This document shows positions 36,252 to 46,836 of a DNA stretch of 64,000 nt, piece by piece. The notes under the pieces were generated by a model that was not told the DNA's origin, made no database searches, and worked only from the letters and a program-made list of their open reading frames with translations. A program made the position numbers and the translations under genes. Origin of the DNA: Takakia lepidozioides (Eukaryota > Plantae > Bryophyta); assembly GCA_030704615.1 (NCBI GenBank), contig CM060731.1, positions 5,890,001 to 5,954,000 on the forward strand. Reading direction: 5' to 3'. Numbering within the stretch: position 1 is the stretch's first letter; each line of letters begins with the position of its first letter.

Positions 36252-36930
36252 TGATCCCCGTCCAATGCGGTGACTGATCCCCTCCACCCATTTGTCGGCA
36301 CGTGGCGCTCCCTCCCCCGCCGACGATCCCCTTTTCCCATCCACGGCGCGATCCCTTGACATGTCGCCGCTCCCCCCGACCTGGCTTGATCCCCACTCTA
36401 GACTCGCAGTGATCGCCCGCCACGTGCTGCTCCCCCGAACCGTCGATCCCTACTCATCCATCCAACCTCAAAACAATGGATGTTCTGGGTCATACGCCCC
36501 TCATCCCCCACCATCCTCCCGCGCTTTGGATGGACGACAGCCGGATGAAGGCCCCATGGCACGCCCACTGCCACGTGGTGCTCCCCCGCCGTCGATCCCC
36601 TCATCCCATGGGAGGCGCGATCCCCCGAGCTCTCACCACCCCCCCCCCCCCCCCCCCCCTTGTTTGATCCCCCGTCCAATGCGGTCTCCCGTAGCCGTCG
36701 ATCCCCTCATCCCATCCAAGACCCAATCCCCCGAGCCACCACTCCCCCCACCTCTGGTTGATCCCCCACCGCCGCCATGCCACCTGTCTTCCCACCCTTG
36801 ACCCCCCGCGCGTCAACGCGGAACATGTGATCGTTCTCCCCCCATGGCGGTCCCTCTCTCCTTGATCCCCCATCCCCCCCCCCCCCCCCCCCCCCGGGAG
36901 CTATCCCCCTACGTGTCAAATGTCAGGGCT
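35490..36930. repeat. C-rich complex repeat (CGTCGATCCCC and GCCACGTGGC motifs, poly-C tracts), probably the terminal region of a MULE
   Basis: Roughly ten GTCGATCCCC-type motifs, repeated CCACGTGGC, and poly-C runs near 36214-36246, 36640-36659 and 36874-36895. Confidence 0.7.
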
Positions 36931-37139
36931 GTTTGCACGTGGCTATCATTCTGTTCATCTATGTCGTCCTCCCCCATCCAACGGCCATGCATGTCCCCCG
37001 CCATTTTGGTCTGTGAGATGAACAGAGTGGATGTATCAATTGAAATTTGGGTTTCTGCTTGCAGATTTGATCCTCTTTGGCGCGCGTATATGCTGGCACT
37101 TGCGCGTGTAGTTTGCTGCTGTGTACTGTTTCTGCAGGA

Positions 37140-38182
37140 CGCGTGTGGTCTGCGGATGTGTACTGTTCCTGCAGGGGTGCCGCATCATGACTGGATCTTC
37201 GGAGTTGCGCACGTCATTCCTTCTATCACAGCTACGTGGCACGTTGCAAATCCCCCCGGATGGTTCCTTCAACCACAGGTCGCTTATACGGACTCCAACT
37301 ATTTCAAGTGGAGGTGGACATCGTGTATATACAGATGTTGCGGTCATTCCTTGGAGCAGGATCGACGATTTTGTGAGAGGGGAGGAAGAAAGGGCAGAGG
37401 CGCCCACTCACTTCAATAGAACGGTGCCTAAAAAGGGAAGCAGAGGAGGGCGGAGCTCTTAGCTCCAAGGGCCAATAGTGCTATGTTGTGATAAAGTCCG
37501 CCTTCACCTTTTGTGGTTTCTGGATGGTCTCTATGTGTTCTTTGTAATGGCATGCTGCTTGTTTGCATTGTTGCTCTTCTATTTTGTCAAAATGATATGC
37601 TCTCTTGCTCCGAGTATTCCACTCCGCCGACATAGTTCTCATCATTGTTCAGGTTCCATTGTTCTTATGGACTTGAGGACAAGCGCACAAATGTAATCCC
37701 TGTCAATAAATATTCTTTGAAGAGAAGGAACGGCAGGAGAGGGTGTATGCTGGATGCTTCATCGCCTTCTTACAACAACCATAAAGGGCCGGAACGGAAG
37801 AAAGTCGTTCAGGGAGAGTCCATCAAGAGGGGTTGCCTCTGTCACTTTAGGATTGGACGATGCTACCTGGATCCTTCTCTTGCTGTCATAACATACTACA
37901 ACAAAAACCATGTTGATGGGATGTGACAAGGTCTGTCATGGCCACATTGACCCGACTTCAAGTAACACCCGTTTCGCGCACGCACCTCACCTTAGTGAAG
38001 AGGTTAAGACGTGGATAATGGATAACATACGTGATGGGTTGTCATCTGCTGAAATCATGGCCCAACATGAACAACAGTTATTTGACAGCAAGGTCAATGG
38101 AGAGAAGTGGTGTCATGATGATGTTGTGCTTGAGCATGACATTAGAAACATCATGGAGCGAGATAAGATTACTGAAATGTGA
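37140..38182 (+). pseudogene. N-terminal fragment of a second MULE/SWIM-type transposase family
   Basis: SIKRGCLCHFRIGRCYLDPSLAVITYYNKNHVD..CHGHIDP....RFAHAPHLSEEVKTWI...GLSSAEIMAQH...DDVVLEHDIRNI resembles plant MULE-derived SWIM zinc-finger proteins. Truncated before the DDE domain. Confidence 0.7.
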
Positions 38183-38279
38183 CGTGTTTTGAAGGAGTTG
38201 GATTCTTTGCCAATGACTCCACTTTGTTCAATGTAATGAATACATCCATTTCTGTTTGGCTGAATCTACACCGCCTTCG

Positions 38280-38900
38280 TTTGTTGGATTCATTTATTTT
38301 TTTTGGGTTTTTGGGTTTTTCCAGGACTTGTACATGTCGCCAAAAGGGGTGGGAAAATAAGATTCGTTGACGACACCTTAACCCCCCCGACTTGCCACAC
38401 ACCGACCCTTGAAAGTTTTGTTTGAGTTGTTGGAATTAAGATGTCGTTGACGACACCTTAATCCCCCCTGCACACGAACCGCCTGAAAGCTTTTTTGGAT
38501 TCATTTTTTTTTGGTTTTTTTGGTTTTTCCATGAAATGTCATATCGCAACAGGTGGTGGGAATTAAGATGTTGTTGACGACATCTTAATCGCCCCAACTA
38601 CACACGCACGCCTTCAAAGTTTTGTTGGATTTTTGTTTTTGTTTTTTTCATTTTTGGGCCTTAATCTGAAAAAAAAACAGGTGGCAACAGGTGCTGGGAT
38701 TTAAGATGTCGTTGACAACACTCTTAATCATCGCGACCTGACACACGTGTCGGCTGAAAGTTTTGTTGGATTCAAATTTTCTGGTTTTTTGGATTTTCCA
38801 TGAATTGTTTATGGCAACACGAGGTGGGAATTAAGATGTCGTTGACGACACCTTAATCCCCTCCACCTGTACACACACCGCCTTCAAAGTTTTTTGCGAC
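38280..38900. repeat. Five-unit tandem array (about 130 bp), each unit carrying the 28-bp imperfect palindrome ATTAAGATGTCGTTGACGACACCTTAAT
   Basis: Palindrome copies near 38357, 38435, 38562, 38700 and 38830, separated by T-rich spacers. Confidence 0.85.
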
Positions 38901-39574
38901 TCAATTTTGGGTTCATTGTTTTTGGAGAAATTTTTCTCCGATTTGTTTTGTCCTCCACTTCTCATGTTCTAGTCTCCTCCCTCCTCTACAGCCCCACCCC
39001 ATCAGAAGAGTCCATAGGTAACTCAAATTTACTCTGTTGTAATTGCCTTGTAACTTCAGCATGTTTCCTTCAAGTTCCCTCAAAGTAAGCATTGCCAGGA
39101 TCAGCCGATAAATCTGAATTCAGGAACACTCGAGATGCAATTGACCCGTGAAACAAAAATGAAGTCATGGTTCATCCATGTCGCTCATTTCTCATCCACA
39201 AGTCATCCACCATTCATCTATTCCACTTTTCATTCATCCTGAAACCATTCATCCGACGGCATTTTCATCGCACATTCGTACCATACGGTCGTCATGGAGC
39301 TTGGATTGTCCCGTCGGATGGGGTGTGCATGCGTCCGTGCATTGTAGTTTTTGTCCTCGGCAATAGGCCCTCTTCTTCCCTCGGTTGTAGGCTCCCATTC
39401 ACTAATCTGCTCACTTTTGGAATCTGCTCACGCTTAAGGGATTCTGCTCAAGTTTCCACTTTAAGCGTGAGCGTGCTCACGTGAGCTGCTCACACGGTAG
39501 CTACCCTCGGACCCAAAGGTGCCAATGGAGGGAAGAGAGTGTACATGTCTGTTCCATTGGACCCAATCTCTAGA

Positions 39575-40200
39575 GAAACATACGAAGGCGGATTAAACCT
39601 GAGATGCAGACACAACATCGTAAGTTGTGCAAAGAGTACAAAGATGTGAAATCAATGGCGGAGGCGAATACATTGTTCCAGACAATTCGTGCCTGGTGGT
39701 TCTCTTCAGGAGCAGCATCACTTGAGAGTATGAGAGCGTTGGAAGATTGGTTGGCGTTTTGGCACTTCCGGTACAGACAGTGGGGAGCATCCATGACAAC
39801 GGTACGTGTCTTGTACTGCATGCACTTTCCATATCGTTCCTTGGTGCAGATCTGCATATGCTTGGGTGGTGTTGTAACCTCTTTGATATTCTGAAGTGTG
39901 ACATTTTCCACTTTGTAGAACATGTCCATTGAGGAAATGACAGACATGCCATCTTGCAATTTGGCAGAGACAGTGCACAACGCATGGTTGCAATAGTCCG
40001 GGAAACGGGGTCGGGATTTGTATATGACAACAATAGATGATCTCATACGTGCACTCCAACAACAAACCAGATATTGTGACTTCTTGAGAGGAGGCGTTGG
40101 TAGCAAGGGTCCGGACAAACAAGAGTTGATATTGCGTGTTGCAAGCATATCAGGGGATCCAAGCAAGATAGCACGGGCATTGGACATGACCACCAGGTTC
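39575..40200 (+). pseudogene. C-terminal fragment of a third, diverged paralogue of the copy A/B transposase
   Basis: TIRAWWFSSGAA...LEDWLAFWHFRYRQWG, an intron at the same position as in copy A, then DMPSCNLAETVHNAW and GPDKQELILR. Confidence 0.8.
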
Positions 40201-41120
40201 TGATCTCCTGGGAAGTCGTCAAGTCGCCTCACGTTGTCGTCCTTAGCTTCTGTCAGCTCAATGGGCCGCCCTTCTGCAGATCCGAGTCCGACATCTCCAA
40301 CGGCCTCCACCGCATCCGTGTTTTGTGAAACTGCCTGCAAACCCAATATCTCGGCTTCCAGTCTCCTAAGTGGTTTTACAGGCGAAGCCATGCGCTCCTT
40401 TTGCTTCATCGGCTTCCAGACTCTAGGTGGGCTTTTCTTAGGCGATTTCTGAGGTGTTCTGTGAAGAGTCGCTTGCCTCGATGCACTTCCAGCTTGCAAG
40501 CGCAGCACCCAGGCAGGAGTATCCAAAGATGACTGTGTTGGGTCGCCCCCCTGCGATCCCTCCCCAGCTCTCATGTCTAACAAATAGGAAAATATGGCAC
40601 ACTGCACGCAAAAAAAAGGGTGTAAAAGGAATAGTGCGTATGGAGGGCTTCACATCCGCAAAGCACGAATCTCTCACTGGTGGGCGATCCAAGTCTCCGG
40701 ATAATGAGGTCTGCATTTCCTGCATGAGACGGAGCTTCAGTCGTGTCGTCGGCGGTTTCCCAAAATCCCACGTCCTCCTTCTCTGCGCCGGAGTCGCCTG
40801 ACCTTCCACAAACTCTATGCTATCATTATGCTGCATAAGGAGAGGAAACGCAGGAGAATGTCACCGCAGAAGGGCAAGGAGCGAGAGAGCGAACCGGTGG
40901 AACATGCAACCACTGTGCACGAGCAGATGCGTAAGCAGCCACGTCTCCCTAAGCGTTGCCATTGTCCACCACTTTCCGCCGTATGGGTGATGAAGAGATT
41001 GTGACCCCTGACACGTTCGGACAGATGAAGTCGCCTGGAACGCGACGCGTGCCTGTTCAAGCCACTAGTAGAAGACGCTTTATCCGAATTGCGGCGCCGA
41101 AATACCGTTCCATTCACCGG
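40201..41120 (-). pseudogene. Probable 5' fragment of the copy-B homologue of the ParB/MTase gene
   Basis: RMASPVKPLRRLEAEIL resembles AVQSPAKPIPRTEAQFL in ORF 4450-5490, and it occupies the same divergent position relative to the transposase. Cut off at 40200. Confidence 0.45.
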
Positions 41121-41947
41121 ATGTTGTTCCCGGAGCAGCCGACATTGAATGCACTATCCGCACATCATGAAACCCAACCGCCATGAAATCAAACCACCAG
41201 CCGACATTCAACAGTCAGGTCGGCACGTTTCATCAGTGGACGGATGAATTTCGGAGCCGAAATTCATCCTATGCAAGTGCTTTCATACACAAACATATGA
41301 ATTTCGGCGCCAAAATTTATCGCTTCCCCAGTCCTCATCCATCATGAGCACACCTGTCAGTCAGATATCGGATCCACAATTAATTTCAGAACTGTGCAGA
41401 ACGCTGCACTGGGGCACATTTCATCCATATTTTTGCGCCGAAATTCATTAACAATATCTCCGTCCGCGAGCAAACGAGCTGAAATCATCCATATTTCGGC
41501 GCCGGAATACATCCAGCCCAAACAGTAAACCGGCACCATGCCCACGGTTTCCTGCCATCAGTGCCCCTCACGGTTGCTGTCCATGCCTGTTGGACTTGCC
41601 ATGTTTGGACTGTTAAGTATAATTTCGGCGCCGAAATTATACTTTATTTGCGGCAACCTCCTGTACGAAAAATGACCACTTAATGGATACGGTCGGTTTC
41701 AAATGAAAACAACGGCTAAAATGCAATTAATTTTCCCCTAACCTGAGAAAATATCCCCTTACGTCATTGGATAACGGCCTTTTGAAAGACATAAGGGGTT
41801 ACATGTGCCGATTTCTCCATTTAATGCAGAATATTCATGTTTTTTCTGTCTGAATAGGTTATTTCATACGAATTTCAAAACCTTACATCATCCAGAAGCA
41901 AGAAGTAAGTGTCAGGTTCGGATGAATTTCGGCGCCGAAATTCATCC
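41087..41947. repeat. Seven dispersed AATTTCGGCGCCGAAATT palindromes
   Basis: Perfect 30-bp palindrome at 41615-41644 and perfect 28-bp palindrome at 41920-41947. Variants at 41087, 41242, 41297, 41428 and 41491. Confidence 0.9.
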
Positions 41948-44661
41948 ATCGTAGCAAAGGCACCCGGAATGAGACAGACTGGATTGGCAATTCGTCGACC
42001 CCATTTTGGCCTCAAGGTAGAGTTCCTGTAGGGACTTTCAAGTGTGCCCATTGCAACGCAGCCCCTACGTGCATGGCAGTGTGCAACGCCAAGCAGTACT
42101 ACGTCGGGACCGTCGGCCCAGCGTGCACTAGAGCACGCATTCACATCGGAAAGCATGACCACCCCGTTACCAGTGGCAATTGCAGAGTCGCTTTTCAACA
42201 AGCCCATGATATTATCAAGGAGGAGGTGAGGTTGAGGCCGGGAGCAAAACCAAAGCAGATACAGCTCGCATCCGCACATAGAATTGCAATAGGCAGAATA
42301 ATGTCGGAGGACGGAAGCACAAGAGAGAAGCAGGGCGAGGGGGACATGAAGGAGCTGCTGGAAGCTGTCTCCCATGTGTACAGCCCCAATGTCAGGAATC
42401 ACATTGTCGGCTGCAAGAAACGAATCGGAAGAGGATCAGACATGCACTCCATCTTGGAAGTGAAGCGCACATGCGGCTACGACTTCATCCAGGGCAGCTT
42501 CTTTCCTGGTCAAGGCTCAGAGATGGACAGATGCTTCATATTTAAGATGTCAACGTGGAGACCGGGGAGCGGTGTCGATTTGGTGAAGCGGATGACCAGT
42601 GGAGACCTCTCAAATTGTTGGGTCATGCTCGACCACATCAGGCGAATTACCAACCACGATTGGGTGACAATAGGGGCACATGTATACGACCCACATTGCA
42701 GAAAGTTAATAACCATTGCTATTTGTGAAATGAAAGGAGAAGACACAGATTTGGAGTTGCATATGTGGCGCGGAATTAATGAGCAAATGGCGAGAGCGAA
42801 GTTGCCCCCTCCCGATTTTAGGGGCTTCATGGCTGACAATGCCCAGACGAACTGGGCTGCAGTGATAAAGGTATATGGGGACGACCCAAAGACTCCAATG
42901 GAAGGTAAGGAGAGATCTTGCGGGTTTCACTTCATGCAGAGTTTGACGCAAAACACGAAAAGGTTCGTGGCGTCACGCCACCGGCAGGATCATATCAGTA
43001 TGTGCCTTGCGTGGAAAAATACGAATTCCATCGACGAGGCGGAGACCGAGTTTGCAACCATACGCGCCTGGTGGGTGTCTTCAGGGGCAGTGGATGTGAA
43101 AGATCAGCCAGAACTGCAAACGTGGCTTGCGTGGTGGCATTATAGATTCCGCCAGTTTGGAGACTACATGAGACAAATAACACATTTTTGTACTTGACAA
43201 TTGTTCTGTTTTGTGCTTGGACATTCTCCACAATGAGTGACATTTCTAATTTCCTTCAACAGGACATGAGCTTGGAGGATGACATGGATATGCCGACGAC
43301 GAACATGGCCGAATCGGTGCACTCTTCCTGGAGTGCTTCCTCTGCAGCAAATCTCGTTGACATGTTGACAGCACACAGAAGATATTGTGAGGGCCATCAT
43401 GCAACAATCTGGTTACTACCAGTTTCTGGGAGGAAAGCAATGGGGTATCGGACCAGACAGGCAAGAGATGTTGATGAGGGCGGCGCATCGTTGGACCGAT
43501 CCCAAAAAATGGACTCCTGCATTGCGGGAAACAATAAGGTCAACGCCGTTACACAGTCGGGGGAATTGCCTGGAGGGCGATGTCCGCAGCCGGCCGGTGA
43601 AGAGAAGAATTGAGGACATGCTCGGAGGCGACGGCGATTCATGGAGATCAGATATGAACATCCGCACTCAACCTCGGGGCGCAACGATGTTGTGTCCCAC
43701 GCCTCCTCCCAGCAGGACTCGTACCCCCTCTCCTGCAGCATCCATGGAATCGCTGCCAGACTCGAGACATCATGCCGAGGATGAGCATGCTGCTCCTATT
43801 ATCGTTACCCAATACAACATTCCAATCGTGGAGCGAGATGTGTCAGCCTCGCAATGGAGAATTGCATGGACTCGACCATCATTTCGTGGTAAATGTTGTG
43901 CTGTTCGTGTCGACACCAACCAAAGATGCAATGAGATGATTCGGAGGAGCCCGCAGGGCGGTGTGCCTGCCCTTGCTTCCCAGGGAGATTTGTGTGCGCA
44001 AAGTTTATGGAGGCCACACTGAATGAGTTTTGGTTCTGCAGGCACGACATCATGTCGTGTGTGTTCGGCAAGCCCAAGTATGATGTACAAGGCATGCCTG
44101 AACCACCAGCAGTCTACTGGTACAGATCTTACCCTGGAGGAGGCAGACGCTCTAGGAAGTGCAGGGTTTCGACTGGTGGAGAGGACAGACGTTCCACGAA
44201 ATCCAATTCCCAGTCGTCATCCTCCTCCACCCCGCATACCGGTGGGTAACCCCGCAGCTTGACCCACCCGTCGGTGGGGGAAACTGAAAAGACGGCGGCC
44301 ACCAACAAAGACGAACGACACCAGGATGGCCAACGCTATTGCAATGCCCTGCATAGTGCAAGGTTGCAGGGATGTTCCTCACCCTGGGATGGGGCGCATA
44401 TTTAAGTTGTCAACAGCCGGGTCTGCTGCGCGCAATGTCGTGTATGCAATCACGGTTTCTCAGTACGCAGCCTGCAACTGTGAGGACTTCCTTGTTATGG
44501 AATCAAAGAATGCAGCATACGTCCCCTGCAAACACCTTTATTACATTTTTCTGAAGCGCATGAGTTGCATATCTGTAGTGGACGTTTTCATCCATGCTCC
44601 AACACTGAGCTTCAACGAGCTGCACAAGGCCCTACGGCAGGATACAGGTCGGACTGCTTGA
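41945..44661 (+). pseudogene. Mutator-like DDE transposase with C-terminal SWIM finger (5'-truncated, several frameshifts)
   Basis: WVMLDH (D1), FMADNAQ (D2), CGFH (MULE CxxH), TTNMAESVH (catalytic E), and SWIM motif YAITVSQYAACNCEDF...PCKHLYYIF. Confidence 0.88.
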
Positions 44662-45388
44662 TATTCCACATTCGGGGAGGAGAAAGTGGCAATAATATTA
44701 CATTCATCTTCTTGCACCCTATTTTTTTGTGAGGAATTATACACTTGGTGGTGCCGCACCGCCATGGCTTTAGGTGCATTTCGGTGCCGTAATACATGAG
44801 AATGTGATTTTTGGCCGTGAATGGCATGGGCATGTTTTTTTAATTTTGGTTATGTCTATTAATGGATCTAAGGAAAGCATACATTGTGTGGAGATACACG
44901 AGCATTGTGGCCTATTTCAGCGCCGTTATTGGTCTGTATACTGCATAGTGCTTCTTTGTTACTGCTCTTCATTCATTTTGTGGTGATTTCGTAGCCCATC
45001 CTGGCGTTTTCGTCCACCTTTATGAGAAAACTCCGATTTGCTACCAATACATTGACACTGTTCTGCAAATGTGATGCATTTACAAGATTGCAAGTTCTGT
45101 GTCCCAGTGGGAAGGGTCCTACTGCACATTCCAGCATTTGTATACTGCACCTTGTGCACACAGCAATCCATACGACAAAGGTCACGTCCCAGCATACTGG
45201 CAGTGAATTGCAAAAAACCTTAACAGAAGATTATCCAAGCATGTATATTCCCCATATGGCACAGGGAAGCTACTTGATTTCTGAAGCAAAATGTATGTGC
45301 CATGAGTGTCCGCGAGTCGAAACATGTCTACTCTAGCATGCAAGACCTATGGTCCCTCGCCCAAGAAGAAGGAAGTCGAACTGGCCTC

Positions 45389-45936
45389 TCAAGGACCTCC
45401 TGAGTGACGATATTTGAACAAAATGTCAACGGTTTCTGTCGCCCGATTGAAACTAACGAGGATGTCGTGTTTATCGATAGCGCCCCCTTTGTAGAAGGAC
45501 ATTTTCACAGTGGGCCCTGTGTTCCCCTCCTCCTCATCCTCATAACTGAAGAAAATGTCCCCACTTTCCGAGCCAGTCCATCCACATGTGAAGTTTTCAC
45601 CTATGCACTCATCATACGTCCACTCGCAACAGTTCCAGCGATACAACAACGTTGTGCGTGATTTGTTCGGCTCCCACTCAAGCGGAAAGTCCAGGTCCAT
45701 GATGCGCAGGAACCACCTACTCCTAGCCGGGGTCCAGGAGAATCGTGCAATCCTGGAAGAAACTCCATTGCTCTCAGCTGGACAAGTCGAGGATCGTCCC
45801 TGTAAACATCTAGGAAGACAATGATGTCGTCTGCTTTCGGAACAATGAGTCTCATCTGGCGTCGATAGATGTGATTCGGGCACGACATGGCCTCACGACA
45901 CAGCAAGAACTCAGAGCAGGGAGGAGATGGGCACAA
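45389..45936 (-). pseudogene. Orphan cargo protein family member 3
   Basis: ADDIIVFLDVY, LRIMDLDFP, RWNCCEWTYDECIGENF, GDIFF and PTVKMSFYKGGAIDKHDILVS align with members 1 and 2. Confidence 0.65.
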
Positions 45937-46112
45937 AAGAGAAGAGTGAAGAGCAAAATGAGAGCGAGGTCGGCGGAAGAGGGATATATCATTGCTGCAC
46001 TGCCAAAGTCGTATGCGGCATAACTTGAATTTCCTTCGACATGTGTGCTTTTATTAGACAAATCCGCACCAGTTTCAGGGCAATTTGCATCTAGCACTTG
46101 TCGGCCCTATCC

Positions 46113-46585
46113 TCAATTTCGGCGCCATTATTGGCAAAACTCCCTCACTGCAAGCCAGGTATTTGCTCTCCGGAGCCCAATTTTGGCGCCGTTATTGGTT
46201 GCACTCCCCAGCCTTCAGCCGGGTATTTGGTTTCCGGACCCCAATTTCGGCGCCATTATTGGCTGCACTCCGGTGGCTTCAGCCGAGTATTTGGTTTCCG
46301 GACCCCAATTTCGGCGCCGTTATTGGCTGCACTCCGGAGGCTTCAACCGGGTATTTGGTTGGCGGAGCCCAATTTCGGCACCGTTATTGGCTTCACTCCC
46401 GAGCCTTCAGCCGGCTATTTCTTTTCCTGTGCCCAATTACGGCGCCGTTATACCCAACCATCCTGCACTTTTGCAACAGTATTATCCACGGTTATAGGTC
46501 GGCATTGCATTTTCGGAGTCTGTAAACCCGGATCCTAATTCCGCTTGCGTCCATTCCTCTGAGATAATTTCGGTGCCGTTATTGG
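46113..46585. repeat. Subterminal 64-bp tandem array carrying CCAATTTCGGCGCCRTTATTGG
   Basis: Units at about 46113, 46177, 46241, 46305, 46369 and 46433, plus an isolated copy near 46565. Confidence 0.92.
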
Positions 46586-46836
46586 CCAGAATTCTGTTTT
46601 TCTATGACCTGGCCTAGCGGTCCATGAGCTTGGGCTCCAAGTCATGAACGGATACTGGTACTTATGAACGGAGTGCTTCCAGCATGAGCACGAAAATCTT
46701 CGAAAACCTTATCTTCTTATACTACTTTCAATTATTTTATCGTTTTGGGCCCAAAAAAAACTTGCCGAAATTCGTAGTGTGTTACTTGGCGGCTCATGGG
46801 TGAGCCATTCCCGCTCATGAGCTCATAGAATAGCAA

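Larger units (their letters stand above)
40201..46836. mobile_element. Mutator-like composite element, copy B (left-truncated)
   Basis: Same layout as copy A in mirror orientation: minus-strand accessory-gene 5' fragment, palindromes, transposase, orphan gene, palindrome array, and terminus CCGCTCATGAGCTCATAGAATAGCAA. Confidence 0.65.

Noticed and set aside
35476-36919. Numerous Pro/Gly-rich ORFs
   Set aside because: Artefacts of the C-rich low-complexity repeat.
39570-40607. 345-aa minus-strand ORF as a gene
   Set aside because: It is a chimera of the truncated accessory-gene fragment and the antisense of a plus-strand transposase fragment across the 40200 junction.
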